This document shows, piece by piece, positions 34,513 to 45,904 of a DNA stretch of 64,000 bases; the first letter of the stretch is position 1, and each line of letters begins with the position of its first letter. The stretch is taken from assembly GCA_963805975.1 (NCBI GenBank), contig CAWDVR010000001.1, positions 512,001 to 576,000 on the forward strand, read 5' to 3'. The position numbers and the translations under genes are program-made. Under the pieces are notes generated by a model. That model was not told where the DNA came from, did not search any database, and worked only from the letters and a program-made list of their open reading frames with translations. This stretch comes from an uncultured Acidobacteriota bacterium. GTDB lineage: Bacteria; Acidobacteriota; Thermoanaerobaculia; Multivoradales; SZUA-115.

Positions 34513-35219
34513 CCTTGCGACGCTCGACCAAGAAGCTTGAAGCTCTCCTGGCTCTCTCGCTGGCGCTCGGAGCAGCCTCCGTGGGCTTCCGGCCCGGGCA
34601 AGCCCACGCTGCGGAGCAGGCGGCCGGAGCCCCCTGCCACGCTGAGCACGGCACGGCGACGGCGCCCTCCGAGCCGCGCTCCGAGGTGGTGCCGGAGGTA
34701 GTGACCGCCCGGCTCGAGATCCCGGACCTCGAGCTGACCGACCAGGACGGCAAACCGGTGCGTTTCTATCGCGACCTGGTGGCGGGCCGCCTGGTCGCCA
34801 TGAACTTCATCTTCACCACCTGCACCACCATCTGCCCGCCTATGGGCGCCAACTTCGCCAAGCTCGGACGAGTCCTCGCCCGGCGCCAGGGAGCGCCGGT
34901 GGCGCTGGTCTCGGTGTCGATCGACCCGGCCACGGACACGCCGGCGCGGCTCAAGGCCTGGCGGGACAATCTGCTGGGTGCCGGTCCGGCATCGAGCCCG
35001 TGGACGCTCGTCACCGGCCCGAGACAGGAGATGACGGCCCTCCTGAAGGCGCTCAACGCCTTCAACGCGGACAAGGCACGCCACACGCCGTTCCTGCTCC
35101 TCGGCAACGAGGCCACCGGCGAGTGGCGGCGCGTCTACGGCTTGACGCCCCCTGCCGAGCTTGCCAAGCTGCTCGACGAGCTCGCCACCACCACCGTCGC
35201 CAAGGGAGTCGCACCATGA
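34509..35219 (+). CDS. SCO1/SenC family copper chaperone
   Basis: LTDQDG, FIFTTCTTICP (CxxxC), SVSIDPATDTP, conserved His; ATGA overlap with upstream gene. Confidence 0.88.
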   Translation: MTLRRSTKKLEALLALSLALGAASVGFRPGQAHAAEQAAGAPCHAEHGTATAPSEPRSEVVPEVVTARLEIPDLELTDQDGKPVRFYRDLVAGRLVAMNFIFTTCTTICPPMGANFAKLGRVLARRQGAPVALVSVSIDPATDTPARLKAWRDNLLGAGPASSPWTLVTGPRQEMTALLKALNAFNADKARHTPFLLLGNEATGEWRRVYGLTPPAELAKLLDELATTTVAKGVAP

Positions 35220-35803
35220 GCCCGCTCTCCTATCGCCCGGCACTCGCGGCTCTCGCCGTGGCCGCTCTGCTCCTCGGAACCGCCAGCCCTCGGGCTTGGG
35301 CCGCAGGCGGCACCGACACCGCCCGCAACTACTTCACCGACGTGGGCCTGGTCAACCAGGACGGCGAGGAGATGCGCTTCTACAGCGATCTGCTGCAGGG
35401 CAAGATGGTGGTCATCAGCTCGATCTTCACCACCTGCACCGGCGCCTGCCCGGTGACCTCCAAGAACATGCAGAAGATCCAGCAGTTCCTGGGCGACCGC
35501 CTGGGCAAAGACGTGGTGATGCTCTCGATCACCGTCGATCCGGCCACCGACACGCCGCCCAAGATGAAAGAGCTCGCAGAGCAGCTCGGCGCCAGGCCGG
35601 GCTGGTATTTCCTGACGGGCACGCCCGCCAACGTGGAGCTGGCGCTCGGCAAGCTGGGCTCCGCGGTCAGAGAGCCGGAGGACCACAACAACCTGATCTT
35701 CGTCGGCAACGAGCGCACCGGCCTGTGGAAGAAAGCCTTCGGCCTCGCCGCGAGCGAAGAGCTGCTCCCGATCGTGCAGTCGGTGCTGGAGGACGAAGGC
35801 TAG
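35216..35803 (+). CDS. SCO1/SenC family copper chaperone (second paralogue)
   Basis: LVNQDG, FTTCTGACP (CxxxC), SITVDPATDTP, W.FLTG, His; ATGA overlap. Confidence 0.88.
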   Translation: MSPLSYRPALAALAVAALLLGTASPRAWAAGGTDTARNYFTDVGLVNQDGEEMRFYSDLLQGKMVVISSIFTTCTGACPVTSKNMQKIQQFLGDRLGKDVVMLSITVDPATDTPPKMKELAEQLGARPGWYFLTGTPANVELALGKLGSAVREPEDHNNLIFVGNERTGLWKKAFGLAASEELLPIVQSVLEDEG

Positions 35804-35825
35804 GAAGTCGCGGCATCCACCCGGA

Positions 35826-38365
<2,540 letters not shown>

Positions 38366-38369
<4 letters not shown>

Positions 38370-38959
38370 GGCTGCATCTCCTCCGCCAGCCAGGCCTTGG
38401 CCCGCATCCAGAGCCGCTGCGCGGTGCGCAGCGAGAGACCGAGGGCCGTGGCCGTCTCCTCTTCGCTGTAGCCGCCGAAGACCCGGCACTCGACCACCCG
38501 GACCAGGCGGGTGTCCAACTCGGATAAACGGAAAAGCGCCTGCTCGACCGCCAGCACCTGCTCGATCTCGGCGTCGATCGCCGGCGGCTCGTCGGCGGGA
38601 GGCGCCGCCGCCTGGTCGCCGCCCCGCTTGCTCGCGCCGCGGCGGCGGGCGTAGTCGACCAGGATCTGGCGCATCGCCCTGGCGCTCACGGCGAAGAAAT
38701 GGCCGCGATCGGCATAGGCGCCGGCGTGGTCGGCCAGCTTCAGGTAGGCCTCGTGGACCAGGGCGGTGGTCTCGAGGGTATGACCGGGCCGGATGCGGCC
38801 CAGCTGGCCATGGGCGATGCGGCGGAGATCGGCGTACAAGAGCGGCATCAGGCGGTCGAAAGCGGCGCGATCTCCCTCGGCCGCGAGGCGGAGGAGCTCT
38901 GCGATCGCGCTGCGATCGAGCGAATCGGCGGTCGTGGGGGCGGTGGGATCCGTGGACAT
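38366..38959 (-). CDS. ECF sigma factor, ECF43/TIGR02999 type
   Basis: LYADLRRIAH, TLETTALVHEAYLKL, AMRQILVDYARRR..KRGG, sigma4 HTH; AGGAG before ATG 38959; coupled to STK gene. Confidence 0.9.
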
Positions 38960-39065
38960 TTCGGCTCCTTCGGGCGAGCTGTGAGCTCGTCGCGGCGCGG
39001 ATGCTACCTGTGGGGCGTCGCCTGCGCGCGAATCGCGCACGGCCTACAATGCCCGGCGAGGAAGA

Positions 39066-40688
39066 ATGCCCGCGGAGCGCACCCTGATCCGAGACTGCGA
39101 ATACCCTCTTCCGGGAGGTCGGCCGCGCTCTCCACGCGGGGCGCTAGTGAGCGTCTCGTGCGCCGTGCTCGGCCTTCTTTCCCTGGGGTGGGTGGCGCTC
39201 GCCGCCGGCGCGCTCGCTCCCGCCGAGCAGCGCGGCAAGCAGATCTATCTCACCGGCAAGAGCCCCGGTGGGGGAGAGATCGTCGCCACCCTCGGCCAGG
39301 GCGGTGTCGAGGTGCCGGCCGGCCTGATGCCCTGCGGAAGCTGCCACGGGGCGGACGGCCGCGGGCGGCCCGAGGGCGGTGCGGTGCCGTCCGACATCAC
39401 CTGGCCCGCCCTCACGCGAAGCTACGGCGTGCGCCACGCGGACGGCCGCGAGCACCCGCCCTACGACGAGCGCTCCCTGGTCAAGGCCATCACCCTCGGT
39501 GTCGATCCGGCGGGCAACGCGCTCTCCGCCGTCATGCCCCGCTACCGGCTGTCGCAGCAAGACGCGGCCGACCTGGTAGCCTACCTCGGGCGCATCGCCG
39601 AGGACCGCGACCCCGGGATCGGCGAGGACGCTCTCACGCTCGGCCTCGTCCTGCCGCCCGAGCCCGGTGCCGCCGCCGGCGTCGAGACCGTGCTCGGCGC
39701 GCTGGCCGGCGAGCTCAACGGCAAGGGCGGCCTCTACGCGAGAAAGCTCCGCCTCGTGCGCGCAGCGCCCACGGGCACGCCGGCGGAGCGGGCCGCGGCG
39801 CTCGCGGCGTTCCTCGACCGCGAGCAGCCGTTCGCGCTGCTGGCGCCGTTCCTGGCCGGCGCCGAGCGCGAGATGGGAGCGGTGCTGGCCGAGCGCGGCA
39901 TTCCCGCGGTGGGCGCCCTGGCGGCCGAGCCCGTGCTCGAGACGCCGCTCAACCGCTCCGTGTTCTACCTCTACGGCGGCATCACTCACCAGACGCTGGC
40001 GCTGGTGGATCGCCTGGCGGCGCCGCCGGCCGGGCCCTGGGCGCTGGCGCTGCCCGCGGGCCGGGCCCGGGAGCTCGAAGGGCTGGCGGCGGCGGTGGAG
40101 CGGCGAGCGGCGGCCCGAGGCCTGGCGCCCGCGCGGCGGCTGGCGTATGCCGAGGCGAGCGAGGCCGTGGCCGGCGCGGCGGAGGCCGGAGCCAGGTCCG
40201 TGATCTTCCTCGGCGGTGCGGCGGAGGCCGCCGCGTTTCTCGACGAAGCCGCGGCACGCGGCTGGGAGGGCCGGTTTCTCGCCCCTGGCGGCGCGGCCGG
40301 GCCGACCGTGCTCGGGAGGGCGAGCGCTTTCCGCGGCAAGGTGACGCTCTCCTTCTCGACCCTGCCGTCCGACCTTCGGCCCGAGGCCCTCGCCGAGCTC
40401 GAGCGGCTGTCGGGAGGTGCCGAGGCGGCGCGCTCGGGCCGGCCGGCGCGCGCCTCGGCGCTCGCCGCCGCCCGGCTGCTGGTGGAGGCGCTGGCGGGCC
40501 TGGGCCGCGACCTGAGCCGCGAGGGCCTGGTGCAGGCGCTCGAAGGCGTCTATCGCTTCGAGACCGGGCTCACACCGCCGCTCAGCTTCGGCCCCAACTC
40601 CCGAGTCGGTGCCGCGGGCGCCTGGCTGGTGGAGGTCGAGCCGTCGTCCGGCGCGGTGCTGGGCGCGGAATGGCTCAGGCTGGAGTGA
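39066..40688 (+). CDS. c-type cytochrome fused to LivK-like periplasmic binding domain
   Basis: TM/signal segment, RGKQIY, CGSCH heme motif, MPRY axial Met candidate; LNGKGGLYARKL and LSFGPNSRVG typical of type I PBPs; true start may be GTG 39147. Confidence 0.78.
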   Translation: MPAERTLIRDCEYPLPGGRPRSPRGALVSVSCAVLGLLSLGWVALAAGALAPAEQRGKQIYLTGKSPGGGEIVATLGQGGVEVPAGLMPCGSCHGADGRGRPEGGAVPSDITWPALTRSYGVRHADGREHPPYDERSLVKAITLGVDPAGNALSAVMPRYRLSQQDAADLVAYLGRIAEDRDPGIGEDALTLGLVLPPEPGAAAGVETVLGALAGELNGKGGLYARKLRLVRAAPTGTPAERAAALAAFLDREQPFALLAPFLAGAEREMGAVLAERGIPAVGALAAEPVLETPLNRSVFYLYGGITHQTLALVDRLAAPPAGPWALALPAGRARELEGLAAAVERRAAARGLAPARRLAYAEASEAVAGAAEAGARSVIFLGGAAEAAAFLDEAAARGWEGRFLAPGGAAGPTVLGRASAFRGKVTLSFSTLPSDLRPEALAELERLSGGAEAARSGRPARASALAAARLLVEALAGLGRDLSREGLVQALEGVYRFETGLTPPLSFGPNSRVGAAGAWLVEVEPSSGAVLGAEWLRLE

Positions 40689-42303
40689 GCGCCGCGCTCG
40701 CCGCCCGCCGGCGCGTCCGGCGCCAGACGGCCACGTCCCGGCGCAGGTAGAGGCCCAGCCACACCACCAGCAGCACCGCGAGCAGGCCGTTGAAGACGCT
40801 GTAGCTCTCGTAGCGCCCGGATTGGAAGAGGAAAAAGACGTAGTAGAGGCCGTAGAGCACGGCCTGGGAGACCGCCAGCAGCCGCGCTCGCCTTGTCCCC
40901 TCCGGCCCCGGCGCCGCGAGGCAGGGGAGGAGCGCCAGGCAGGCCCAGTAGTAGCGGGACGCCACCACCAGCGCGAAGAGCGGCACCAGGCCGAAGAGCA
41001 GCGCGTCGACCCCCTTGCGGCGGCCCAGCACCAGAACGTATCCCAGGAGGAAGATCACGGCCGCCGCCCTGTACAGCGGCTCCTGGCGTGCGAAGGTCTC
41101 CCGCCGCTCGTCCCCGGAGCGGTCGAGGTCGAGGCTCGTCACCTCGTGCGTGAACCAGTGCTTGAGCCCCACCCGCTGCTCCCCGAACACGTGGAGCTCG
41201 CTGTGGTGGGTGATCCTCCGGCCGAAGTCCTCCCATGCCCGGAAGCCGTGGCCGCCCAGCGAGCCGATGCCAAGACCGGCGAGGCAGAACAGGGCGAAGG
41301 CGGCGGTGAAGCGGAGGGCGACCCGATCCAGCCTGCCGGTGCGCACCCAGCGAAGGGCGGCGGGAGCCAGGGCCGAGGCCACCAGGAGCAGAGGAAACAC
41401 GCGCGCCATGGTGGCGAAGGCCAGGGCCGCCGCCGCGGGCAGCGGTTGCCGGCGCTTGACGAAGCAGACGCCGGCGGCGATGGCGCAGAACCAGTCGTAC
41501 TGCAGGAAGCCCCCCAAGAGCCGCTGGAGATTGACCGGCGAGAGGGCCAGGAACAGCAGGACGAGCGCCGTGGTGCGGGCGCCGAAGGTGCGGCCGATGA
41601 GCCAGAAGGTGAGCACGAAGAGCAGCAGGTCGAGCCCGGTCAGGAGCTTGAGCGCCGCCGGGCTCGACGCCGGCAGCCAGCGGGTCAGCCAAGAGGCGGA
41701 CACGGTCCAGAACGGGCTCGGGTTGTAGCCGCGATCGCGCATCACACCCCGCCACTCTCGCGGGCTCATCTGCGGCTGCAAGGCGGCGAGGTCGTCCTTG
41801 AAATCCTGCCAGCGCTCCGGGCTGAAATGGTCCGCGGGCCGGTAGCGGGCCTCGGCCGCGGCGCGGGGCCCGACCTCGTAGGTCTCGAGGTTGCGCACCC
41901 GCTCGACGCCGTTCCAGTAGCCGCCAGCCTCGTGGTCCGCGGCGAGCGCGGCGACGTAGAGGTCGTGGTAGCCGAGCTCGTCGAAGTACTCGGCGCCCAG
42001 GTAGTAGTGAAAGACCGGCCACACCCGCACCCAGGGGCTGGTCGTGAAGCGCCAGAGGTCCGGCCCCGCGCCATGGGCGAGCGCGGCCACGGCGAGGGCG
42101 ACCAGCAGGCGGGTACGCGCGACCTCGCTCAGGCGCCCGCCCGAGGGCAGGCGTGGCAGGACCAGCGCCGCGAGAGCGAGGAGCAGGAGGCTGATCCGCA
42201 CCGGCGTCGAGGGGAGCAGGAGGGTGGTTCCCAGGGTGGCCGCCGCCAAACCGAGAGTGGCGAGCACCGAGGCCGGGGTCCAGAGGCGGGTCGCGGGCGG
42301 CAT
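40675..42303 (-). CDS. Polytopic membrane protein, GT-C glycosyltransferase-like (DUF2029/GT87-like)
   Basis: Many TM helices, periplasmic loop FHYYLGAEYFDELGY, YNPSP and RVFP motifs. Confidence 0.55.
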   Translation of the reverse strand: MPPATRLWTPASVLATLGLAAATLGTTLLLPSTPVRISLLLLALAALVLPRLPSGGRLSEVARTRLLVALAVAALAHGAGPDLWRFTTSPWVRVWPVFHYYLGAEYFDELGYHDLYVAALAADHEAGGYWNGVERVRNLETYEVGPRAAAEARYRPADHFSPERWQDFKDDLAALQPQMSPREWRGVMRDRGYNPSPFWTVSASWLTRWLPASSPAALKLLTGLDLLLFVLTFWLIGRTFGARTTALVLLFLALSPVNLQRLLGGFLQYDWFCAIAAGVCFVKRRQPLPAAAALAFATMARVFPLLLVASALAPAALRWVRTGRLDRVALRFTAAFALFCLAGLGIGSLGGHGFRAWEDFGRRITHHSELHVFGEQRVGLKHWFTHEVTSLDLDRSGDERRETFARQEPLYRAAAVIFLLGYVLVLGRRKGVDALLFGLVPLFALVVASRYYWACLALLPCLAAPGPEGTRRARLLAVSQAVLYGLYYVFFLFQSGRYESYSVFNGLLAVLLVVWLGLYLRRDVAVWRRTRRRAASAALTPA

Positions 42304-42391
42304 GGGAGCGGACTTTCGCAGGGTGTACCTTACCGTTGCATGACGAGAGGCCGGCGCAATAGACGCCGAGACCGATAAGATCGGGCCTCGC

Positions 42392-43069
42392 ATGAAAATC
42401 CTGCTGGTCGAGGACGATCCCCTACTTTCCGAGGCGGTGGCCGAAGTGCTGCGGGGTGAGTGCTACGCGGTCGACGTGGTCCGCGACGGCGCCTCCGCCT
42501 CGGAGAGCATGACAGTCAACGACTACGACCTCGTGGTGCTGGACTACACCATCCCTCCGCCCACCGGCATCGAGCTCGTCCGGCTGTGGCGTGAGGAGGG
42601 CCGCGCCACCCCCGTCCTGATGCTCACCGGCCGTTCGACGGTGGAGGACCGCGTCCTCGGCCTCGACGCCGGCGCCGACGACTACCTGGTGAAGCCCTTC
42701 GTCTTCGCCGAGCTCCTGGCCCGCGTGCGGAGCCTCCTGCGCCGGCGCGAGAAGCCGGTCGAGAGCGTGCTCGAGGCGGCCGACCTGCGCCTGGATCGCG
42801 CCGGCCACGAGGTGAGGGTCGCCGGCCGGCTCGTCGAGCTGTCGCCCAAGGAGTTCGCGCTGCTCGAGTACCTGCTCACGCGCAAGGACCAGGTGGTCTC
42901 CCGCGCCGAGATCGAGGAGCACGTCTGGGACTCCTCCTTCGACTCCTTCACCAACATCATCGACGTCCTCATCCACCGGCTGCGCAAGAAGATCGACGGC
43001 GACCGCGAAGCCCGCCTCATCCACACCGTCAAGGGTGCCGGGTATCGGCTGAGTGGGGAGCGGCGGTAA
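42392..43069 (+). CDS. OmpR-family response regulator (paralogue of 26085-26762)
   Basis: Receiver + GADDYLVKPF + winged helix; shares EHVWD.SFDSF.N..DV..HRLR.KIDG with the other copy. Confidence 0.92.
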   Translation: MKILLVEDDPLLSEAVAEVLRGECYAVDVVRDGASASESMTVNDYDLVVLDYTIPPPTGIELVRLWREEGRATPVLMLTGRSTVEDRVLGLDAGADDYLVKPFVFAELLARVRSLLRRREKPVESVLEAADLRLDRAGHEVRVAGRLVELSPKEFALLEYLLTRKDQVVSRAEIEEHVWDSSFDSFTNIIDVLIHRLRKKIDGDREARLIHTVKGAGYRLSGERR

Positions 43070-43265
43070 AAGCCGGCCTGACGAGAGTGGCTCCGCGGCG
43101 CACGAAGTACGGAGAACCCCCCACCTGTGAAGGCCAAGCTGACCGTCACGACCGAAGAAGACCTCATCCCGAGCCGAGCCGCCCCTTGTTGCAGGATTCT
43201 CTTGTTGTTACGATCCCTCTCCATCCATGCTGGAGAAGCACAGCCGGCTCTCGGAAGAGGTGTTC

Positions 43266-44768
43266 ATGGCTCGACATGGCCTTTGCGCAGTGGCAGGGAT
43301 CTCTCTGGCTCTTGCGGTCGCGCTGGCGCCGCCTGCCGCCGGGAACCCCGCCGTCTACAAGCAGCGCATCCGGCCAGGTGACGAGGCGAACCCCAAGGGG
43401 CCGGGCGGCCCTCCCGGTCACATCCACCCCACGGCCCTCGGCAGCGAGAGCTACCAGGCGACGACGGCCGATGGCCTCACCTGGGACCGGCCGCTGGGCT
43501 GTGGACCCGAGATCTCCGGGCTGGGGCCCGTCCGCTACCACGCGCAGCTTTTCACGGTGGACGCCGACGGTTTCTACGACATCTCGAGCGCCCAAGGCTT
43601 CGACGGCTACCTCCACCTCTATGCCGGCGCGTTCCTCCCCGATCCGCCCGCCCAGGCCAACGGTTGCATCGCCGCGAACGACGATGCCGCGGGCGGCATC
43701 GGCAGCTCCGGGATCCCGTACGTTCACCTGACCGCCGGCACCCCCTACTTCCTGGTCACCAGCGGCTTTGCCGCCGCCAACCACGGCACTTTCACCAATA
43801 CCCTCGGCGGCCCCGGCGAGGTCGCGATCGGTGGCCGCGGCGGGGACCTGGCTCTGACGGTGACACCGAGCGTGGAGGCCGCCGGGCCGGGCGATCCGTT
43901 CTTCTACGACGTGGTGATCACCAACCATGGCCCGGGCGCGGCCAACGCCGTCGAGGTCACGGCGACCCCGAGCGCCAACCTGAGCGTGGAGCACGGCACC
44001 TGCGGCTCGCTCCCGTGGTCGATCGGCACCCTGGCGGAGGGCGCCTCGGTGAGCTGCCGCCTCATGGTCACGGTCACCGGCTGCGGGCCGGCCACGCTGA
44101 CCGCGAGCGCCCAGGGCAACGAGCCGGACGAGCCCGCCGACAACACCGCCACCGGGGCCGTCAACTCCAACCGCGTGGCCGACCCGGATTTCGTGGCGGG
44201 CTCGCCGAGCTTCGCCTGGACCGAGACCTCGACCCGCTTCGGCACCCCGCTCTGCACCGCGGCCGTGTGCGGTACCGGCACCGGCACGGGCCCCAGCTCG
44301 GGCACCTGGTGGGCCTGGTTCGGCGGTACGCGGGGCTTCGAGGAGGGCCGGCTCACGCAGACCGTGACGGTGCCCGCCGGCGAGCAGGCATTTCTCGCTT
44401 TCGACCTCGAGATGTTCGTGTGCAGCGGCGACCCGGCGGATTTCCTCGAGGTGCGGGTGGACGGCGACCGCGTGTTCCATGCCGACGCCACCGATGCCCG
44501 CTGTGGAGCCCTCGGCTACGGCCGGCAGATGATCGACCTCGCGGCCTACGCCGACGACGGCCCCCACGTTCTCGATCTGCACTCGGTCACGGCGAGCAGC
44601 GTGGGGAGCAACTTCTTCGTCGACGACGTGTCCGTGTTCGCTTGCCGCGGCGTGACGCCGGTCGAGCCGCCGGGCATCCCGGCGCTCGACACGGCCGGGC
44701 TCGCTCTCCTGGCCCTCGCCCTGGCCGGCGGCGCGATGTGGGTGCTGCGCCGCCGCCGCGTGGCCTGA
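43266..44768 (+). CDS. Surface protein with PPC-like and DUF11 domains and IPTL-CTERM-like sorting signal
   Basis: Signal peptide; DLALT..YDVVITNHGPGAA..DNTAT (DUF11); C-terminus IPALDTAG + TM helix + RRRR. Confidence 0.75.
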   Translation: MARHGLCAVAGISLALAVALAPPAAGNPAVYKQRIRPGDEANPKGPGGPPGHIHPTALGSESYQATTADGLTWDRPLGCGPEISGLGPVRYHAQLFTVDADGFYDISSAQGFDGYLHLYAGAFLPDPPAQANGCIAANDDAAGGIGSSGIPYVHLTAGTPYFLVTSGFAAANHGTFTNTLGGPGEVAIGGRGGDLALTVTPSVEAAGPGDPFFYDVVITNHGPGAANAVEVTATPSANLSVEHGTCGSLPWSIGTLAEGASVSCRLMVTVTGCGPATLTASAQGNEPDEPADNTATGAVNSNRVADPDFVAGSPSFAWTETSTRFGTPLCTAAVCGTGTGTGPSSGTWWAWFGGTRGFEEGRLTQTVTVPAGEQAFLAFDLEMFVCSGDPADFLEVRVDGDRVFHADATDARCGALGYGRQMIDLAAYADDGPHVLDLHSVTASSVGSNFFVDDVSVFACRGVTPVEPPGIPALDTAGLALLALALAGGAMWVLRRRRVA

Positions 44769-44794
44769 GAGAATGGCCGGTATAAGCCCGGCCG

Positions 44795-45829
44795 CTACAC
44801 CCGGAACGTAGCGGCCGGACCTGTGCCGGCCGGTTCTGGTTCCGCCTGCGCCAGCAGCTCCGCTCGCTCCTCCCCGGACAGGAAGGCCGTGGCCAGCGCG
44901 TTCTCTTGCAGGCGGCGGAGATCGCTCTCCGTGAGCCCCAGCTCCTCCTCGGCCACGCGGTACTCGTGCGCGAGGTCGATGCCGGAGATCGAGGGGTCGT
45001 CGGTCGAGAGCGAGGCGAGGAGGCCGCGGGCGAGGAAGCGGGGCAGGGGGTGCTCGGCGTAGCTCGTCACAGTGCTGGTCTGCAGGTTGCTCGTCGGGCA
45101 GCATTCGAGGGCGATGCCGCGCTCGGCCAGGAGGTCGAGCACCGCCGCGTCCTCCACGGCGCGCACGCCGTGGCCGATGCGCTCGGCCCCCAGCTCGAGC
45201 ACCGCCTGCCGCACGCTCTCGGCCCCGGCCGCCTCGCCGGCGTGGGCCACCACGCGCAGGCCGGCGTCCCTGGCGCGGGCGAAGTGGCGGACGAAGAGGC
45301 CGCCGGGGAAGTTCTTCTCGTCGCCGGCGAGGTCCAGGGCGGCGACCCCGCGGTCGCGGCAGCGGATCGCCGCCTCGAGCTCGATCTCGGCGGTCTCCGG
45401 CCCGAAGGTACGCGACAGGATGACGATGAGCTTGGCACGGACGGGCAGGTCCGAGGCGCCGGCGACCACGTCGCAGATCGCCTCGGTGACGCCCAGCGGG
45501 TCCAGCCCGTGGGCGCCGGCCATGAAGTAGGGCGAGAAGCGCAGCTCGATGGCGTCGATGCCCTCGGCCACGGCGTCCTCGAGGTTCTCTCTCGCGATGC
45601 GCCGCACCGCCTCGTAGTCGACCAGCACCCGTTGCAGGATGTCGAACTTGGCCAGGAAGCCCAGGAGGTCGGGCTCCGTGGTCATCACCTGCACGTGGGG
45701 GCGCAGCGCCTCGAGCTCCCAGGCCGGGAGCTCCAGGTTGTGCCGGCGCGCGAGATCGAGGACGGTTCCGAGCCTCACGTTGCCGTCCAGGTGGCGGTGG
45801 AGCTCGACCAGGGGGTAGCCGTTTCGCAT
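44795..45829 (-). CDS. add: Adenosine deaminase
   Basis: ELHRHLDG, DLAGDE, HAGE, RIGHG, CPTSN, STDDP. Confidence 0.93.
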   Translation of the reverse strand: MRNGYPLVELHRHLDGNVRLGTVLDLARRHNLELPAWELEALRPHVQVMTTEPDLLGFLAKFDILQRVLVDYEAVRRIARENLEDAVAEGIDAIELRFSPYFMAGAHGLDPLGVTEAICDVVAGASDLPVRAKLIVILSRTFGPETAEIELEAAIRCRDRGVAALDLAGDEKNFPGGLFVRHFARARDAGLRVVAHAGEAAGAESVRQAVLELGAERIGHGVRAVEDAAVLDLLAERGIALECCPTSNLQTSTVTSYAEHPLPRFLARGLLASLSTDDPSISGIDLAHEYRVAEEELGLTESDLRRLQENALATAFLSGEERAELLAQAEPEPAGTGPAATFRV

Positions 45830-45904
45830 CCAGGCATTCTAGTAGGGGCGACCGGCGGTCGCCCCGATGCCCGGCGGTCGCCCTCTCCGCGCCTGCCGAA
45901 CGGG

